From contig NMRA01000022.1 in assembly GCA_002633005.1 (NCBI GenBank), forward strand, positions 62,001 to 126,000: a stretch of 64,000 nt of DNA, given 5' to 3'. Shown piece by piece: positions 24,551 through 38,490 of the stretch. Under the pieces are notes generated by a model, which had not been told where the DNA came from, did not search any database, and was given only the letters and a program-made list of their open reading frames with translations. Numbering within the stretch: the first letter of the stretch is position 1; every line of letters starts with the position of its first letter. The position numbers and the translations under genes are program-made. This stretch comes from Phoronis australis. Its lineage: Eukaryota; Animalia; Phoronida.

Positions 24551-24725
24551 CCAATCTTTGGGATTGAGAGTGTCAATCACGGTCTTTGCCGCCTCTTTCA
24601 CATAATGCATTCTGGGTAAAGAGTCCAGTTTGATGAAGTTTACTGGCTGTCGCATGGAGCCGCTCTCGTCGATAACTATGACAACGTTCTTCTTTTTAGG
24701 AGAGGCCGTGTTAACATACCATTTC
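24551..24725 (-). CDS. CACHD1: CACHD1-like exon 2 (VWA start, MIDAS DxSxS)
   Basis: KWYVNTASPKKKNVVIVIDESGSM...AAKTVIDTLNPKDW; tttatag acceptor, GTAGGC donor; in phase with exon 1. Confidence 0.92.
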
Positions 24726-26137
24726 CTATAAAAACAAATCAACGAATGATCAAAACAAACTAATTCGAATTCGGAAAACCTTTGCCCCATGATCCCAAAG
24801 TCAGATTCGTTCCCCATCCCTACTGCCCGTTACCGTCGCCTATTTTACAACCCCTCTCCATTGGCGTGCAGACGTTGACAAGTGGAGGCAGCCACCAAAA
24901 AAAATCTTGGGTATCCATACTTCAACAAAATTTCGTGAGGACGGGTCAATTTTTAGAGTTGAGGACGTTACACGGTTAGGGCATGATTTTGACCTTTAGT
25001 GAGTGTCATTTAGAATTTCAAAAGATGCCAAACAGATGTACTGCAAGAACCATTCTCCAGGAGCATAAAAGAAAGACGTAACGTGAGCTGCGACATCCTG
25101 AAAAATCCGAAGAGAAACACCATCGCCTCGGAGCGAAAATATAGAAGATCCTAAACGAAACTTGGATAATATTTTCGTTTATTTCCGCGAGTAGAACTAA
25201 CCCCTAAAATCAAGATTTATGATCAGAGTCCGGTTTGAGGAATGTTCATCAAAAGTACACTTTCAAAGGGTGCGGTTATGGGGTCCTTGCTACCCTGTCT
25301 TAGGTGCTGCTTCAAAATCACTTATTGAAAATGGGTGGCTAACCCCCCTCCCGGGCAAACAAACAAAATGAAAATATCCAAACTTTATAATACGTCAAAA
25401 TTCACAGAAACACCAATTTCTTAGACTGTTTTATGTTGGAAAATATCACCAAGTACAATTTGCCGTTTAGTATAGAATGGATAGATACTCAAGCAACATC
25501 AACTTCTTACAAGATTAGTAAATAAAAATCGTCCATGAATCAGTTGATGTTCGTAGATACACAAATACGAAAATCATAGCCCTGGTTGGAAATAATCTTG
25601 ACGTATCTGGTCATCACACGCTAACACAAGAAAATTACAATGTTCTGAGTTCACTGCCGATTTGTTTGTGGAAGAACTTTTTTCAAATTCGTTATGCAGA
25701 GTTGGAATTTTTAGGCAACCGGGAGAGCACGGGCGCCGGGACAGGCCACACGGGGTTTTGCGGCTCTACTTATGTCTTCATACTGCTGTGCTTCGTATAA
25801 CCATGTTCTGTGGTTTTCGCGACCAGTTTAACGTTTTAATTTCTATTTCCACTCATGAATATTAGAATGCACCGAGATTATAAAGTACAAAAGAGCCAAT
25901 TGCACCCGTCCAAGACAAGACCCGGACTTTGAGTGGTTTACTTAAGATGAAAGACATGCATGAGCGAATCCGGGGGCGGGGGCTCGGGGGGCTCGAACGA
26001 TCCTCCCAATTTGGTGAATTGGGCAAAATGGTCCGCCCCAGTGAAACAAAAATTCCGAGTAAACTAGACAAAACTTCACAAAGCCCACAGGAACTCGGCG
26101 CGAATGCGTAATCCGTAGGCCTGAAAACCTAGTTCCC

Positions 26138-26419
26138 GCGTTTTTTTTTAGTCGTCGTTGATTTTTTTCAGTAAAAAGTCCGCATACCGAAAATTTCGAG
26201 CCCCACCCCAAATTTTAGGCCGGGTGTGCGCATGAACTGATCAAATACTCTAGTCAGAAGCGCTACGTTGCTTATAANGCGTTTTTTTTTTAGTCGTCGT
26301 TGATTTTTTTCAGTAAAAAGTCCGCATACCGAAAATTTCGAGCCCCACCCCAAATTTTAGGCTGGGTGTGCGCATGAACTGATCAAATACTCTAGTCAGA
26401 AGCTCTACGTTGCTTATAA
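26138..26419. repeat. ~140-bp tandem duplication across an N (likely assembly artefact)
   Basis: Two copies differing at about 2 positions, separated by n at 26278. Confidence 0.75.
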
Positions 26420-27014
26420 TACTGAACTGGAAATGAGGACAGTAGATCCCATGATCCGATTACCATCCCTCCATTATCGTTCATCTTCCTAAACACAAAA
26501 GTTTGTACGACTTCACAGAAACAGAAAAAGTCGAATCCTTCCCTTAAAAAAGATGGACATCAATTAGAAAAGCGTGAAGGGTAGACATGAATGTCATAAG
26601 AGGGTCCGGCATGAAATTAATCTTACGTTGACACCTACAGTCGAGATTGGGCGTCTGTGTAACTGCGACATATCTTTTTGTTTTAATCCACAGAAAACGA
26701 TCGACGTCGGGTTCAAGCTGCTCGGTATTGACCCTGCACACCGAAAAGACAAACTGACCTCCTAGGATTCCTCAAGATAGTTGACTAGCGCGAACGGAAG
26801 TCCCGGGCCGGGGATCTTTCGGTCACCGTCCATTTTCCGAAAGTTATTTTGCGTTTACAAAAAGCCCGAGGACTCTCTCGGAAAAGATGCAGAGCTCTTG
26901 TGTTGCTTATTTCAGCTCGGCTCAGTGAGTAAAATGGATTTGAAAGTGATGCAAAAGCTGGGAGTAAGTGGCTCAGTGTATCTGAGATTAGCGTCAAAGT
27001 TGGTTATTTTTTTT

Positions 27015-27206
27015 TTACCTGGCAACCCATTTTATTAACGTGTGATCTGACTGGACCATTATGAATTCAAAGGAAGTTGCGGGAGGTAGTGGCCGGTTGC
27101 ATGAAACAGTCCCAAATAGTGACTCAACTAAGTTCCCACAACTTACTGCATATTTGTGGGCTTGTGAAAACACTAATTGCCCTTTCTTAAGTTGTTTGAA
27201 TATCAT
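27015..27206 (-). mobile_element. Possible highly decayed Ty3/gypsy RNase H remnant
   Basis: KYAV..LVESL...NRPL...FEFIMVQSDHTLIKWV resembles KYS..ELE.L....FRPYL.G..F...TDH..LKWL. Confidence 0.25.
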
Positions 27207-27633
27207 TACTAAGCCACTTTTTGGTTTTGAAACAAATCGACAGTGAACTCTACGTTGAATTCTTAATATTATTGAAAATAAATAGGGATCTTCGTATGTA
27301 ACGCCCCTAATTTAAGGCTAAGTCCATAATTATTTTGATTGCATCAAGGACTCAATTTTTTTATTAAAAAATGTCATTAGTCAAACAGGTCTTCGTGATA
27401 AAGATAAAATAATAAAAAGTATTACACCTGTGTTTGAAAAACAAGACAAATAGGACAAAGATTTAGGGAACCCAAGTTAGTTGAGTCCCTATTTGGGATT
27501 GTTTCAGGCAACCGGGCACTGGAGACTACGGTCGCTTGCTTGTTTCTTGCTTTTTGAGTCAAGGGTGGAACGGTTACATGTACTGTTACGGGATTACAAA
27601 ATACAGTTCGTCACATCTTCTATATGTTCCTGA

Positions 27634-28802
27634 CAGAGGCGGATCTATTGGGGTGGGGGTTCAGGGGGTTTAAACCCCCGGGATAGGATCAAAAATAAAA
27701 AATGTCGTCTGGAAACCGAAATCAGGTACAAAAAACAAAACAGTTCTTACACGGGAAGCATAGGCCCAGGGCCCCCCCCCCCCTTGGCTGCAGCAAAAAA
27801 ATAAAACAGCAAGAGCGTAGGGAAATGCTGAGTTTATTAATTAACCCAGGTAATTAAAATTATACGGCTGAAACAAGATTTAAATGTGTGCAGTTTTAGT
27901 GTGGGGGGGAGGTGGGGCTCAGATCCAATTTCAAGTGTCAAATTCGGAACCCGACGCAAGTCGTAACGGAATTATGGCTAAGTTTTGGCTCTCCCGCGAT
28001 ATCTCAGGCGACCGGCAGTGGCGCTGAGCACTACGACTCCGTTTCCGTCGTCTGCTCCACTGTACAATGAAAAAATTACTTCATTTTTTAAAGAAAATGC
28101 AATCTTTGTGATGATGAAAAAACAGAAGATGCTGGTAATATGTCAATTTTAATCGAAGTCTTAGTGAATCACTCTAAAATTCATAATTCTCTCTTTGTCA
28201 AACCTTAACTTAAGACGATTTCCAAAGCAATCGCGTCATTATTGCCAACACAAAAAACGGATTTGGTCTTTTGGACAATTGAAGACTATTTTAAGTTCAA
28301 CATATTTGTTACGAACTGATTGCACAAAATATAAAACATGTAATGAGCATTACAAAAAGAAGGTTTCGCGTGCAAACGCTGTGGACCACAAACAAGTAGG
28401 TCTCTTAGTATCAAATCAGGAGTTAAATCGTGGTGGTGCAGTGGTAAAGCTCGCACTCTCTATCCGCCAGGTCGTGAGTTCGAGTCTGTGGTGCTTGCAG
28501 TTTTGCCTGTTTGACATTTTCTCCGTTTTTTTTGCATCTTTTTCTTGTTTAATACTTCGGGAATCAAGGAAAATGCTCGATTTTTAGAGGAAAAAACGGA
28601 AAAATTTCCTCCCCCCATTCGGTGCTATGCGCATCTACAATCGTGCTTGGAGCAAATTTTTACAGACAAAATGCTGCCCCCTTTGTGCTATCCTAGATCC
28701 GCCGCTGGGAAGGGGAAACCCCCTCCTGACCTCCCCCCACGTGGCGCAACGGATTCGCGAGAATCTTAAATCCCCCTTGATGAAAGAGTAGATCTGCCAC
28801 TG
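27634..28802. mobile_element. Non-autonomous TIR element (TSD CCTGA) with nested insertion at 27759-28707 (TSD GGAAG)
   Basis: cagaggcggatcta...tagatctgccactg with CCTGA on both sides; inner end tagatccgccgctg with GGAAG on both sides. Confidence 0.75.
28428..28500 (+). repeat. tRNA-derived SINE-like head
   Basis: A box TGGTGCAGTGG and B box GAGTTCGAGTC; no intact cloverleaf. Confidence 0.5.
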
Positions 28803-31072
28803 CCTGAAATACAAAACGATCCCCAGAAAGACCCCATGGGAGTTCTTTCAGTTTCCAAAAAGGCTCCGCCCATGGTGACTTTTTATTGTTTCAGTGGAGA
28901 CCCTTTGGGAAATTTCCGTAGTCTGGGCACTGTTTCGTCAGCCGGTAGCAGATAACGCCACTGACTTAGATGCCACAATATAATGAGAGTCGTGGTTCAG
29001 TTTGTGTATATGTGTACACACCAGTGCGTGCTAAGTGCACCACTCAGAGAGGAGTTCACTGGTACCCTGGGCAGACTATAGTCCAAGTAAAGAGAGGAAT
29101 TGACAATGCGTGACGTCATCTTTTGGGAAAGTCGCTCAACTCCGTATAAATAACTTAACATGTGAAAATCGCACAGATGATTTAATTTTTACGTTAAGCC
29201 ATGCTTGAAATAAAGGTGTGAGTGATAAACAGATACATTTGAAATTACGAAAAAATATCTTTCGAAGCAGATGCATGCGTTCTTAGAAACCTTGATGACC
29301 TGCTGACCAGAGTGTCCTTTTCTGGTAGCGACCTCGTGAACTCTTGAGGTCATGACCTCATACAAATCCATATATAAAGGCTGTTGCTATCCACGTTTTT
29401 ATCACTTACGAACAAGTGATTGGTATCGTCGAAAGGCAACGAATAGGATAAATATTCAGTGGTAGAACTCGGAGCAGTCGGGAGATGTTGGGCGGCTTCG
29501 ATAATACTCTCCGCGGAGATCAGATTCTGCGCAGGGAGAGGTTACGAACACGGAAAATTATTCATTTTGTAATAAAGTACAAAATAGAAATAGCGTTTGC
29601 TGTGCATCACATGTAGTCGCCTCTTTGGGAGCTTCTTCACTCGCTCGTGCGCTCCTAACGGGTTCGGCATAATGACACCGAGAAAAATGCTAAGGAAGTT
29701 ACCTCTAACGGTCAGTAATCCAAACGCTAAAGCCAACTCCAATCCACATCGTTACCTAACCTAAGTATAAGGCCAGCAATAGCCGTATGTTTAAATCTGA
29801 TAGTCACGAGGATTCTGTTCTGTGTCGTAATTCCATAACGAATCGATAGATTCTGGTCATAAAAATTTGACCACTAAATATCATCCCTAGTGTAAGCAAC
29901 GAGAGATTTCCACAAATTAATGAGGCTACGAATCGCTTTGCCCACCCGGCTGCTCCGTTTTTGGCCACGGGATTTTCCTACCGAGTAAGAGTGCGGTTAT
30001 AGAGCCTAATTTTCATGATATCGGTTGTCGGTTTTGATTGCGGAACATTTTGTCCCAACAGATACGCGAGTAGTAAACCATAGGAACACATGAGAAGTTC
30101 GCAACCGAGTACATCCACTCTCTGCCAGGAGGACCTCGCCATTTTCACTGACTACGTCTGAAGGATGAACCTTTCGAAAACCTGAGTGTGAATGTATAGG
30201 TATAAAATAATTGTTTTGAGTATATTTCGTTTCAGTGTGACCTGACCAGAACCTGGCCGCGGGCAGAATATCTCGCCTTAGCGCTTTAGTCCTGACATAC
30301 TTGTTTCGCCTACACCAATCGCTTCAGTGACGAATAGTACTGACGCATGCCGATGGAGAGACGAAATTGTCAATATTACGAAAACCCTTGACTTTACATT
30401 GTTCGGTTGAATCCACACTCCGCCACTACAGACAGCCTTCATCTCCAGCGTGGAGCTACACGCCCAATGCACATCCGCCAACTCGTGGTAGCCAACGCCT
30501 TGGCCAACAATTGTCGATTTCCCAGATTCCGTTTTTTATTATTTTATTTGAGTTCGTGAGCAAGTATGGGCATGCTGATAGAGAAGTGAGTTTAATGTTT
30601 GAGTTATTTCGTTTCAAGTGTAATCTTCCTGAAGGTTATCAAAAATAAGAGTTTTGTAGATGTTTCATAAAACGAAAACGAAGTTGTATTTTAGAAAACG
30701 GCAACGTTCTTGAGGTTTCATCATTTAAAGATTTTTATCGAATGAAATATCGCATACCGTTGTTTTTCTATGAATGCACACGAAAGGATGGTCACGTGAT
30801 CCAATTAATGATAAATTACTATAGGAACAATAAAGCCACCCTTTCCTTTGTTTTTGTAAGTTTTGAACATTGAATGAGACTCACCAATAAATGTACATCG
30901 ATGTAAATTTCTTAAGCAACTTGGCACTGAAATTAATTTAACAATGACGGCTTTTTTGTTAATTTACCTCCAGAAAATAAAAAATATTTTTTATAATCGA
31001 ATATAGCATAGCATACTATAGTGGTTCTATTCTGTGTCGATTTTTTGCGATTCCTCTTTTTGACATTTCCAG

Positions 31073-31105
<33 letters not shown>

Positions 31106-31120
31106 TTTGTGTGTGTGTGC
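31073..31120. repeat. (GT)n microsatellite
   Basis: Read directly from the sequence. Confidence 0.9.
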
Positions 31121-33312
31121 AATTTTGGTAATTCGTTTAATTCTACTGTTTATTTATTCGATCATTTTAATTGCAATAATGATTGAGGCAAAAAGAAGTT
31201 TTCGAAAGTTCATCAAAGGAATGACGTAATACCATCATTTCACGGATAACATGGCACTAAACCCAACTGTGAAGGCTGAACGGTAAAATTGGCGAAAGTT
31301 TGTAGCTCTTCTTGTCCTGTATACTGGTATCTGTTTAATGCATTTTATTATTTTTTCAGATTGAAAGTTGCACAGATGATTAGCATACCAAAGTTTGACT
31401 CGGCGTAATAGCGCTCGTGTCACAATAGGCCGATGCCACAGTGTTTGTAACCTCCGTTACAAGCAAAAATATCGAGTAATAGAGTAATCAAGCCGCTCGA
31501 CTCGCCAATTGGTCATCCACTTACGGTGAAGACGGTCTCCGTCTAGGTAAAGTTTAATAGAAATAAATTACGCAGCATATTTGTGTTCAACGGAGGAGAT
31601 GAACGCTGTGGCATCCATCAATAACTTTTATGATGGATATAAAATTCTACGATCTAAAGTATTGTGAATCGACATCACACGTACAATGACGGGTCACATA
31701 TCGCACGCAAAATTTCGTCAAATTTAGGCATCCGGCTCACATCACACGTACAATGACTGGTCACATATCGCACGTCAACATGCGAAACGCTTTCCACAAA
31801 TCACTTGGTTCTGAATGAATAGCTTGCAAGAAATAGCAATCTTGTTGTATAGTTTTCTTGATGTCTGCGTACAATGTAAAAATAAATTTCAAATTCACGT
31901 TTGCCCAAGCTGGAACGATAACTACATAAGCGCTTCTGCCACGCGTACCAACAGGTTTAACCTAACTTGTTCTACCTGCATGGAAACGGTGTCACAGACC
32001 TCTAAAGCGAGCAAGAGCAGTCTTAAGATGTTTAGCCTTGTTACAGTAGAATTATTTCTCGGACTTTGATAAGTTGTTTAAAATTTATAAAATTCCACTT
32101 ACTGCTACTCGTCTTTATTTTCTCATGCCAGCCTTATGTAGAACACTTATTTACACAACACCCTTTCAACTAAGGAAATAAAATGCACATGCGCAGCACA
32201 GCGATAATCTTATATTGTGTTATTGGATTCACACTGGTCAAAACGAAGACGTGATGTTGACGGCCACATGAAACCGACCATGGAGTTTAGGAAGAAACTA
32301 TACGAGGTGATTAAAAACTACCACAAAGTTTACTGAAAAAAGCACGCGACAACGTACATGATCCGCTGATGACGAGAAGGAAACAAAGAACGCTGTTATA
32401 CCCAAGCAAAGAAAGACGAGAGTGACTAGGCGAGGGACCAAACTGCGAAGGTTTATGGAACGTGAACGGAAGCTGAGACGTGATAATTGAAAAATAGTAT
32501 TTCACCTATTTAGCACACAAAATGTCGGATAAGAGAAATTTTCTTTAGCCACAAAGCCTGAGAAAAGTAAATACAATAGAAAGTTTTACTCTATCACTTA
32601 GGTGATCAATCGCTGAAAATTGAAATTGGCAATTTTGGCAGCTATTTTTGTGTGTGAAATAAGTGAATAGTTGCCGTAATTTCGCTTTAGGAAACTTAAT
32701 TTTTATGTTTTTTCATGTTTTAGTTCATGCTGAAAGTAGGTAACAATAAGTCGATGGGAATCGATGATACCCCCACCAGATGGCGTGTGTTTGAGCAGTA
32801 TATACGAAACTTTCTGACTAGGCCAAATTGAGTAGTATAAAACTAATGTTTTCAATGTGCACATTCCCGCCAAGGTGGATAATACGGTCGCCGAAGTTGT
32901 TCTCAAGAGTGGCCGCCGTCTACCTACTGTCTATACCGAATGTTCTCATGAAGAAATAAATCACTTTAAATGTTAAAACATTCAGTATGGCAACGGTGAC
33001 AGTGGTGGAACTATTGCGGCGACCGGGGGACCTATGTCCGCAGCAAAGACAATGTACCATGTTGCAACACATGAGCGCTTTCCCTTCATTAAATGACATG
33101 TCCAATTTTCCATGCATTAAAATCTCCCGAACGTGGGACCGATGGCCCACAAACGCTCCCATGTCGATGAACTTCGCAAATTCAGTTGCAAAAGTGGAGC
33201 CTTCACACGTCTATCACGTTGTGGACGCAATCTCCCATCGGTCGTCGATATATCGATGTAGCTTTCGTCCTTACACTAGAAACGACGCGGGGAAAGATAA
33301 AAACGCACTTAC

Positions 33313-33929
33313 TTGAATCTGTGGTCCTCAAAGTTACCATCTTTATCACAGAATCTTTTGACATTTGTCGGATACTGGTAATAATTTCCATCGTAATCTC
33401 CAAAGTATTGCCACGTGACGGCAGACGAAACACCTTGATTGTTCTTCATTGTTGCCTTGGCATTCGAGTCGACCAGGCCCATTCCATTTGGAAGAACGTC
33501 ACATAATTCGTTCAGGTCAACCTCTGTCTGAAATCTCTCGTTGTACACTTCGTTACCCGTTCCTTTACCGCAACACTTCACACGAGACGACTTCAAGTCA
33601 TTCGCCTCGTACGCTTTGGCGACAGCATCACGGTCCAACTTCAAGACGCTGGAGACATTTCCTAAGACATAGCTGACATCGTCTGACAGCCTCGCCAGCT
33701 CCGCTTGTCCGTCTACCAACTTCCTGGAGTACGTCACTTCGTTTTCATACATTTGCTGCAGCTGCAGTGACCCAATCTGTCGCTCAGCGAATTCCGTCAT
33801 CTTTCGACTAAGAGCCGCAGTCCATTTCCTTTGCATCTCTTCCGGCGTAGGTAAACTTGCAAACGCAAAAACTACGCACCAACACAAAATTGAGAAAAAC
33901 GAAAATTCCCTAGTCTTCATTTTTACCAT
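33313..33929 (-). CDS. CACHD1: CACHD1/alpha2delta-like VWA-Cache protein, exon 1 (signal peptide + N-terminal region)
   Basis: ATG at 33929. Hydrophobic signal-like FSFFSILCWCVVFAFA, then KCCG..YNERFQTEVD and WQYFGDYDGNYYQYP..DHRF, typical of the family. GTAAGT donor, phase 2. Confidence 0.88.
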
Positions 33930-34913
33930 GAAGGTGAGAACGTTTAATTTAGAGTCCAGCCAAGGTACAAATCTCTGTTTTTACAAATGCCGGACAAAAT
34001 GATTTGGTTGCGAATTCGTGTCGTTCCTTCGTCCCAAATGAGCCTAAATGAAGAGGCCTCTACATGATTAAACGAATTGTTATGGATGTTTGCGCAAAAC
34101 AAATCAAACTACGGGCTTGGTAGAACGATAACCACGCCATGGTAACAGAAAACTGCGTGCAAAGGTTCTATGATTAGACTGCAGTATAACAAAAATATAT
34201 TCACTGCGTTACTTCCAGTTAAGCATCTATTTTGTTTTGGCAGTCTTTTCGAAAGATGTAAATATTTCTCAAACTTGACGAAGGGTTCGTCAAATTCGAA
34301 TTAAAGTAGTTTTCCATCACACTGCTTTGAAACTGATGTCTAATTTTCCCGGCTTAGTCAAAGATGAGGTTATTTCCGGGTTTCCGAAAGCACTGACGGA
34401 TCCGAGCTCTCGTCGTGACCGGAAATGTTGAGCCTGGTCTGAAGATATAAGCGACAAAAATCGTGTATTGCTTACAGTCGGGACGAACAGAATGAAATTT
34501 GACGATGCAGCGCGAGATCAGTAATACGATTACTGTTAGTTTCCGCTGAGTGCAAATGGTGGATTCAAGCTGAATTTCGCGGTGACAACGCACAGCATCC
34601 AGGAGAATGCTTTAAAACTACCGCTGCACTTAAGCATTCGAGACATTTGGAAACAACTGAAAATTGGTCCACTTCCAGCGGTATTCGTGAAAATTACAGA
34701 AACATTTAAGTTGATGACGTAATGACAGAATTATTCGTAAGATATTCAGTTTTCAGTTGGGTATTACGTGGCGGTCACTCTTGAATAGCGTGCTTTTCGA
34801 GCTGTGACGGCAAAGCTTTCTGCTGTATTTATTGGACGTTCAGAGTAACTTGTTACGACTTTTTATAGATATGAATCACTCGGTTTATTAATTTCAGGTA
34901 GATTTTATTTTGC

Positions 34914-35189
34914 AGTGGTTGCTACGAAAGGTCGCATAACTTATACAGCTATACTGTCTGATAAGACGGCTGGTGATAATGTTGAATTTTTTTATTTTCA
35001 ACATCTGTGCTACACTTCAAACTCCCAGCATGGGGTCGTCAGTTTGCTTGGTAATCGCCTTGTTTGGCTGAACAGACGCTAATAGGAATAAAATCAGATA
35101 CGGCAAGACACAAATACTCTCAGACTGTAGGAATTATCTGTGCTGTGATAAGGAAATTCACGACCTCCGACAAAAGACGGCAACCACTG
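34914..35189. mobile_element. MITE-like element
   Basis: cagtggttgc...gcaaccactg terminal inverted repeat; no clear TSD. Confidence 0.55.
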
Positions 35190-36204
35190 AAGATGCACAT
35201 ACAGGCAGAAAAATGAACAATGCCTTACCAATTGCCCTCGATTCATGTACTTAAAGGCATGTACTCTTCGTTCCTTTGTCGGAAACCGTGAAGCCGTTAC
35301 TCGCCTCCTCTATCAACTCGACGGACGAAGCTGTTGGTACGTTATATGAGATTTTATTAGTTTCAGAGAATTCGCAACACGTACCAACAAGACGAAAACG
35401 GGATACTCGCCAGTGAAATCTGGTGATACACGTTGTTCGCTTCTAATACATGGCAACATCTCGTGAAGACTGGTAGTCTTGGAAACATGATATCAACTAA
35501 CCTTACCTTACCGAAAGTTCCAATGCTAATCTCCATACAACACCAAATCGTCAACTATTTTTAAACACCTTAAGTTCATAAGTACAAGTTAAGTTCGTGT
35601 TAATAAATACATATATAATTTGTTAAAATAGAAACAAATTTTTTTCCTATGATTGCCAGAACGCTATTGTAGCTCATAGGTAAGGTCTTAACATTACAAA
35701 ATATTATTTGCAAGCCATAATCCAGCTTTTATTACATAAATTCAACAATAATAATGATGATAATAATAAAAATAGTAAGTGAACTTCAGGCAGTCATTAT
35801 GTGCGAGTGAACTAATTTATTGTTTGGTCGTTCGTTTTGCACCAACCTATATATTAAATTGCTCGAAGCTCATCTGATGGTGGTCGGACAAAATAGGGAA
35901 TCAAAAAGTGTCGGGAAATCCAGTACACAGGATGGTTTAAACACACAAAACTGGGAATTATATGAGCTAACAATCAATACAAACTGAAAAGCACCCTCTA
36001 CAACCCCGAATTGTAATATTGCCGCAATTTGGGTCAGCACTCGCGACCCACTCATTTCAATAATTTTTGCCAGTGACAATTCGGGCTTGTACTACAGTAT
36101 AGGTGCAAGCGATATATTCCAACTACAGCAAATTAAATAAATCACTATTCCACCCACTGCCATCACGGCCTTCGTGTCGCATTAGCCCCTAGCGGATACA
36201 TGAC

Positions 36205-36360
36205 CTGGGCCCAGTTGCATAAAAGTTATACGCCGTATAGCAACAATGACGTTGCATGATCACGCGTCACGTTGTTATTGATGAACAATGCTCATGACGT
36301 CATGCAACAATCAAACTTATCCAGCGGATATCTTTTGAAGCTTTATGCAACTCAGCCCCG
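36205..36360. mobile_element. MITE-like element
   Basis: ggcccagttgcataaa...tttatgcaactcagcc inverted ends. Confidence 0.65.
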
Positions 36361-37583
36361 GAGTTGGTTGGAAATGCCTGTGCATCAGTAAGGCAATTGT
36401 GGAAGATTTGCTGGTCAGTCACTTTGTTGCACTAGAAAGGCTCATCTTTGACATATATTTTTAAAATTGTTACATTCTGGGATTATATTTTTGAAACCCC
36501 AAGGTCGACTACGGCAGCGTATAGTTACTGAGTGATACACAAATCAAGACAGGAGTACGACAATGGCATACAACTTCACTATACGTGGTACGATGGGGAC
36601 ACTAGAGTTTGTGCGACCTCTGGCGTACAAGAGCTGAAGCAACGTGGGTTTAGCCAAAGATACTATTCTGAAACCCAAATGGAGCACCCTGCACATCCGT
36701 TACTGTTGACATCAATTGTAACCTGAACAGTATTTCTCGAATGTAATGGTAAACACGTACCTTTTATTGTGACAATTGGGGCAAATCATGACAATTTGGG
36801 TCCCAAACTGTTGTACCCAGCGCTTTGTGTAAGCCTACATCAAAGTACATTGGCACCCAAACATTAAGATCGTTAGAAATTTGTTGTATACACGTAACAA
36901 GTACCCAAGTTTTGTTGAAAAGTCACCCTGTTCCCGACATCAGCAGGAGTTAAATATTTACAAATTCCCAACAATAAAACCGAACCACCCAATCTTCAAT
37001 TTTAATTCAAAAGGGAGGTTCTTAGAGGTAGGTGGGTAGCTTCCCTGCCTGACCAAAACATCCATCTGAACACCTGTATAGCCAGGCACATGTGGGCACC
37101 GAGATTGCAATGAGCAAGCGTGATCATGGCCATACAGGTGAACAAAACCAGTGTGAATAATTAGATACAATTTTGAAAACAAAATGTCTACTTTAAAAAT
37201 GGACAGGCTCTTATCCGGACACCACAGTAGTGAGACAAGTCATTGCATTGTGGATAACATATTTACTATACTAAGTACAACATGCCTATGTATGTATTCA
37301 AAGTAATGGCGGTGTTCCTCAAATGAAAATATTTTTATTCCTCATCGTTGTTCAAGAGTTTCCGTGTTGCGTTTCAGCAAGTAAATGTCTAGGCGGGTGT
37401 TTCTTGCACATGTTTTAAACTGGCTGTTGTGTTGCTGTCTAATCTTAGTAAGTTTCAGTTAATCAATTCATGTTAGCTTGAAAACATGTCAAAATATGGC
37501 GCACTGGTTTGAATGTTTGCATATACCGCAGTTATCTGGACCCCGCTCTTCCGACACATACACAGACTTTGAAAGAGCGACTA

Positions 37584-37728
37584 TTAACAGCCGCAGTTTT
37601 TCTCGTTTTTAAGGTTGTCTTGTGGGACTGCGGCCACTTGAAGAGTACTGTTGCTGCGAGGTTTTGAAGCAAAGTCGACACTTTTGTCCAAATCAGAATG
37701 TCGGCTTACCGTCTCGTCAAGTAAAAAC
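37584..37728 (-). CDS. RAB29: Rab29 last exon
   Basis: FLLDETV...KNCGC-stop, a CXC geranylgeranylation signal. Confidence 0.88.
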
Positions 37729-38368
37729 CTTGAAAAGAAATACAAAATGCTTAGGACCCTATCCACACGACTTTCAACACGAAACTTCTTAGTTTTGAAA
37801 CGTTTTCCGTCCATACAAGAAGGGTAAAACGTCAACCAAAAAGGCTGAAAAGGCATTATTACTGGGCTGTGATGTGATAGCGTGAGGTAAGCGTTTCAGT
37901 AAAGTCGAGTTTCCGCCGTCCATACGAGTGCAGTGAGAACAGTTTTCAAATAGTTTTGTTGATAGCGTCTACTCACCAGCACAGCGAAAATGACGGTTTC
38001 ACAAAATTCCACTCTGAACAGGATTTTCAAAAAGTGCGATTTTGGTAGTTTATATTAGATAATTTGATATTTGATAATGTGTACGGAAGGCGTTTAGGCA
38101 ACAAAATTGCGATTTCAAATGAGGTCTTCCTTAAAACCGGACCTTTATGAAGTACGAAATTGTTTCTAAAAGTGGTTGGTTCAATGAAGCAGCAAAGCTC
38201 GTGTATTCTAATCAGTTGCAATATGAACACCGTGAATGACACAGAATGTCCTTAGCGAAATAATTTACAGGTTGCATTAAACACAGTTTATAACACCAAC
38301 CTGCCGTTTTCCATAAAACATTTTGATGGATCACGACAGTGGGTAGAGACATGCATGCAAACTCTCAC

Positions 38369-38490
38369 CTCATGGCTTCCTGAATCATCAAACCATCTTT
38401 GACGGATGTTTCGGTCCAACCAATAAAGCTGTGGTCTTTGCACAAATTCTCTATTTCCTCTTGTTCAATGTCCCGATGGGGTAAATCGGA
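38369..38490 (-). CDS. RAB29: Rab29 exon 4
   Basis: SDLP..FIGWTETSVKDG..IQEAMR; G5 box SVK as in Rab29. Confidence 0.9.

Noticed and set aside
26138-26419. Recent tandem duplication
   Set aside because: The junction is an N; most likely overlapping contig ends or two haplotypes.
28428-28500. tRNA gene
   Set aside because: A and B boxes only, no acceptor stem; treated as SINE-like. Weaker cases at ~18760-18830 and ~29455-29515 were also dropped.
32920-33316. ORFs just downstream of exon 1
   Set aside because: No homology recognised; exon 1 joins exon 2 directly to give DHRFKKWYV.
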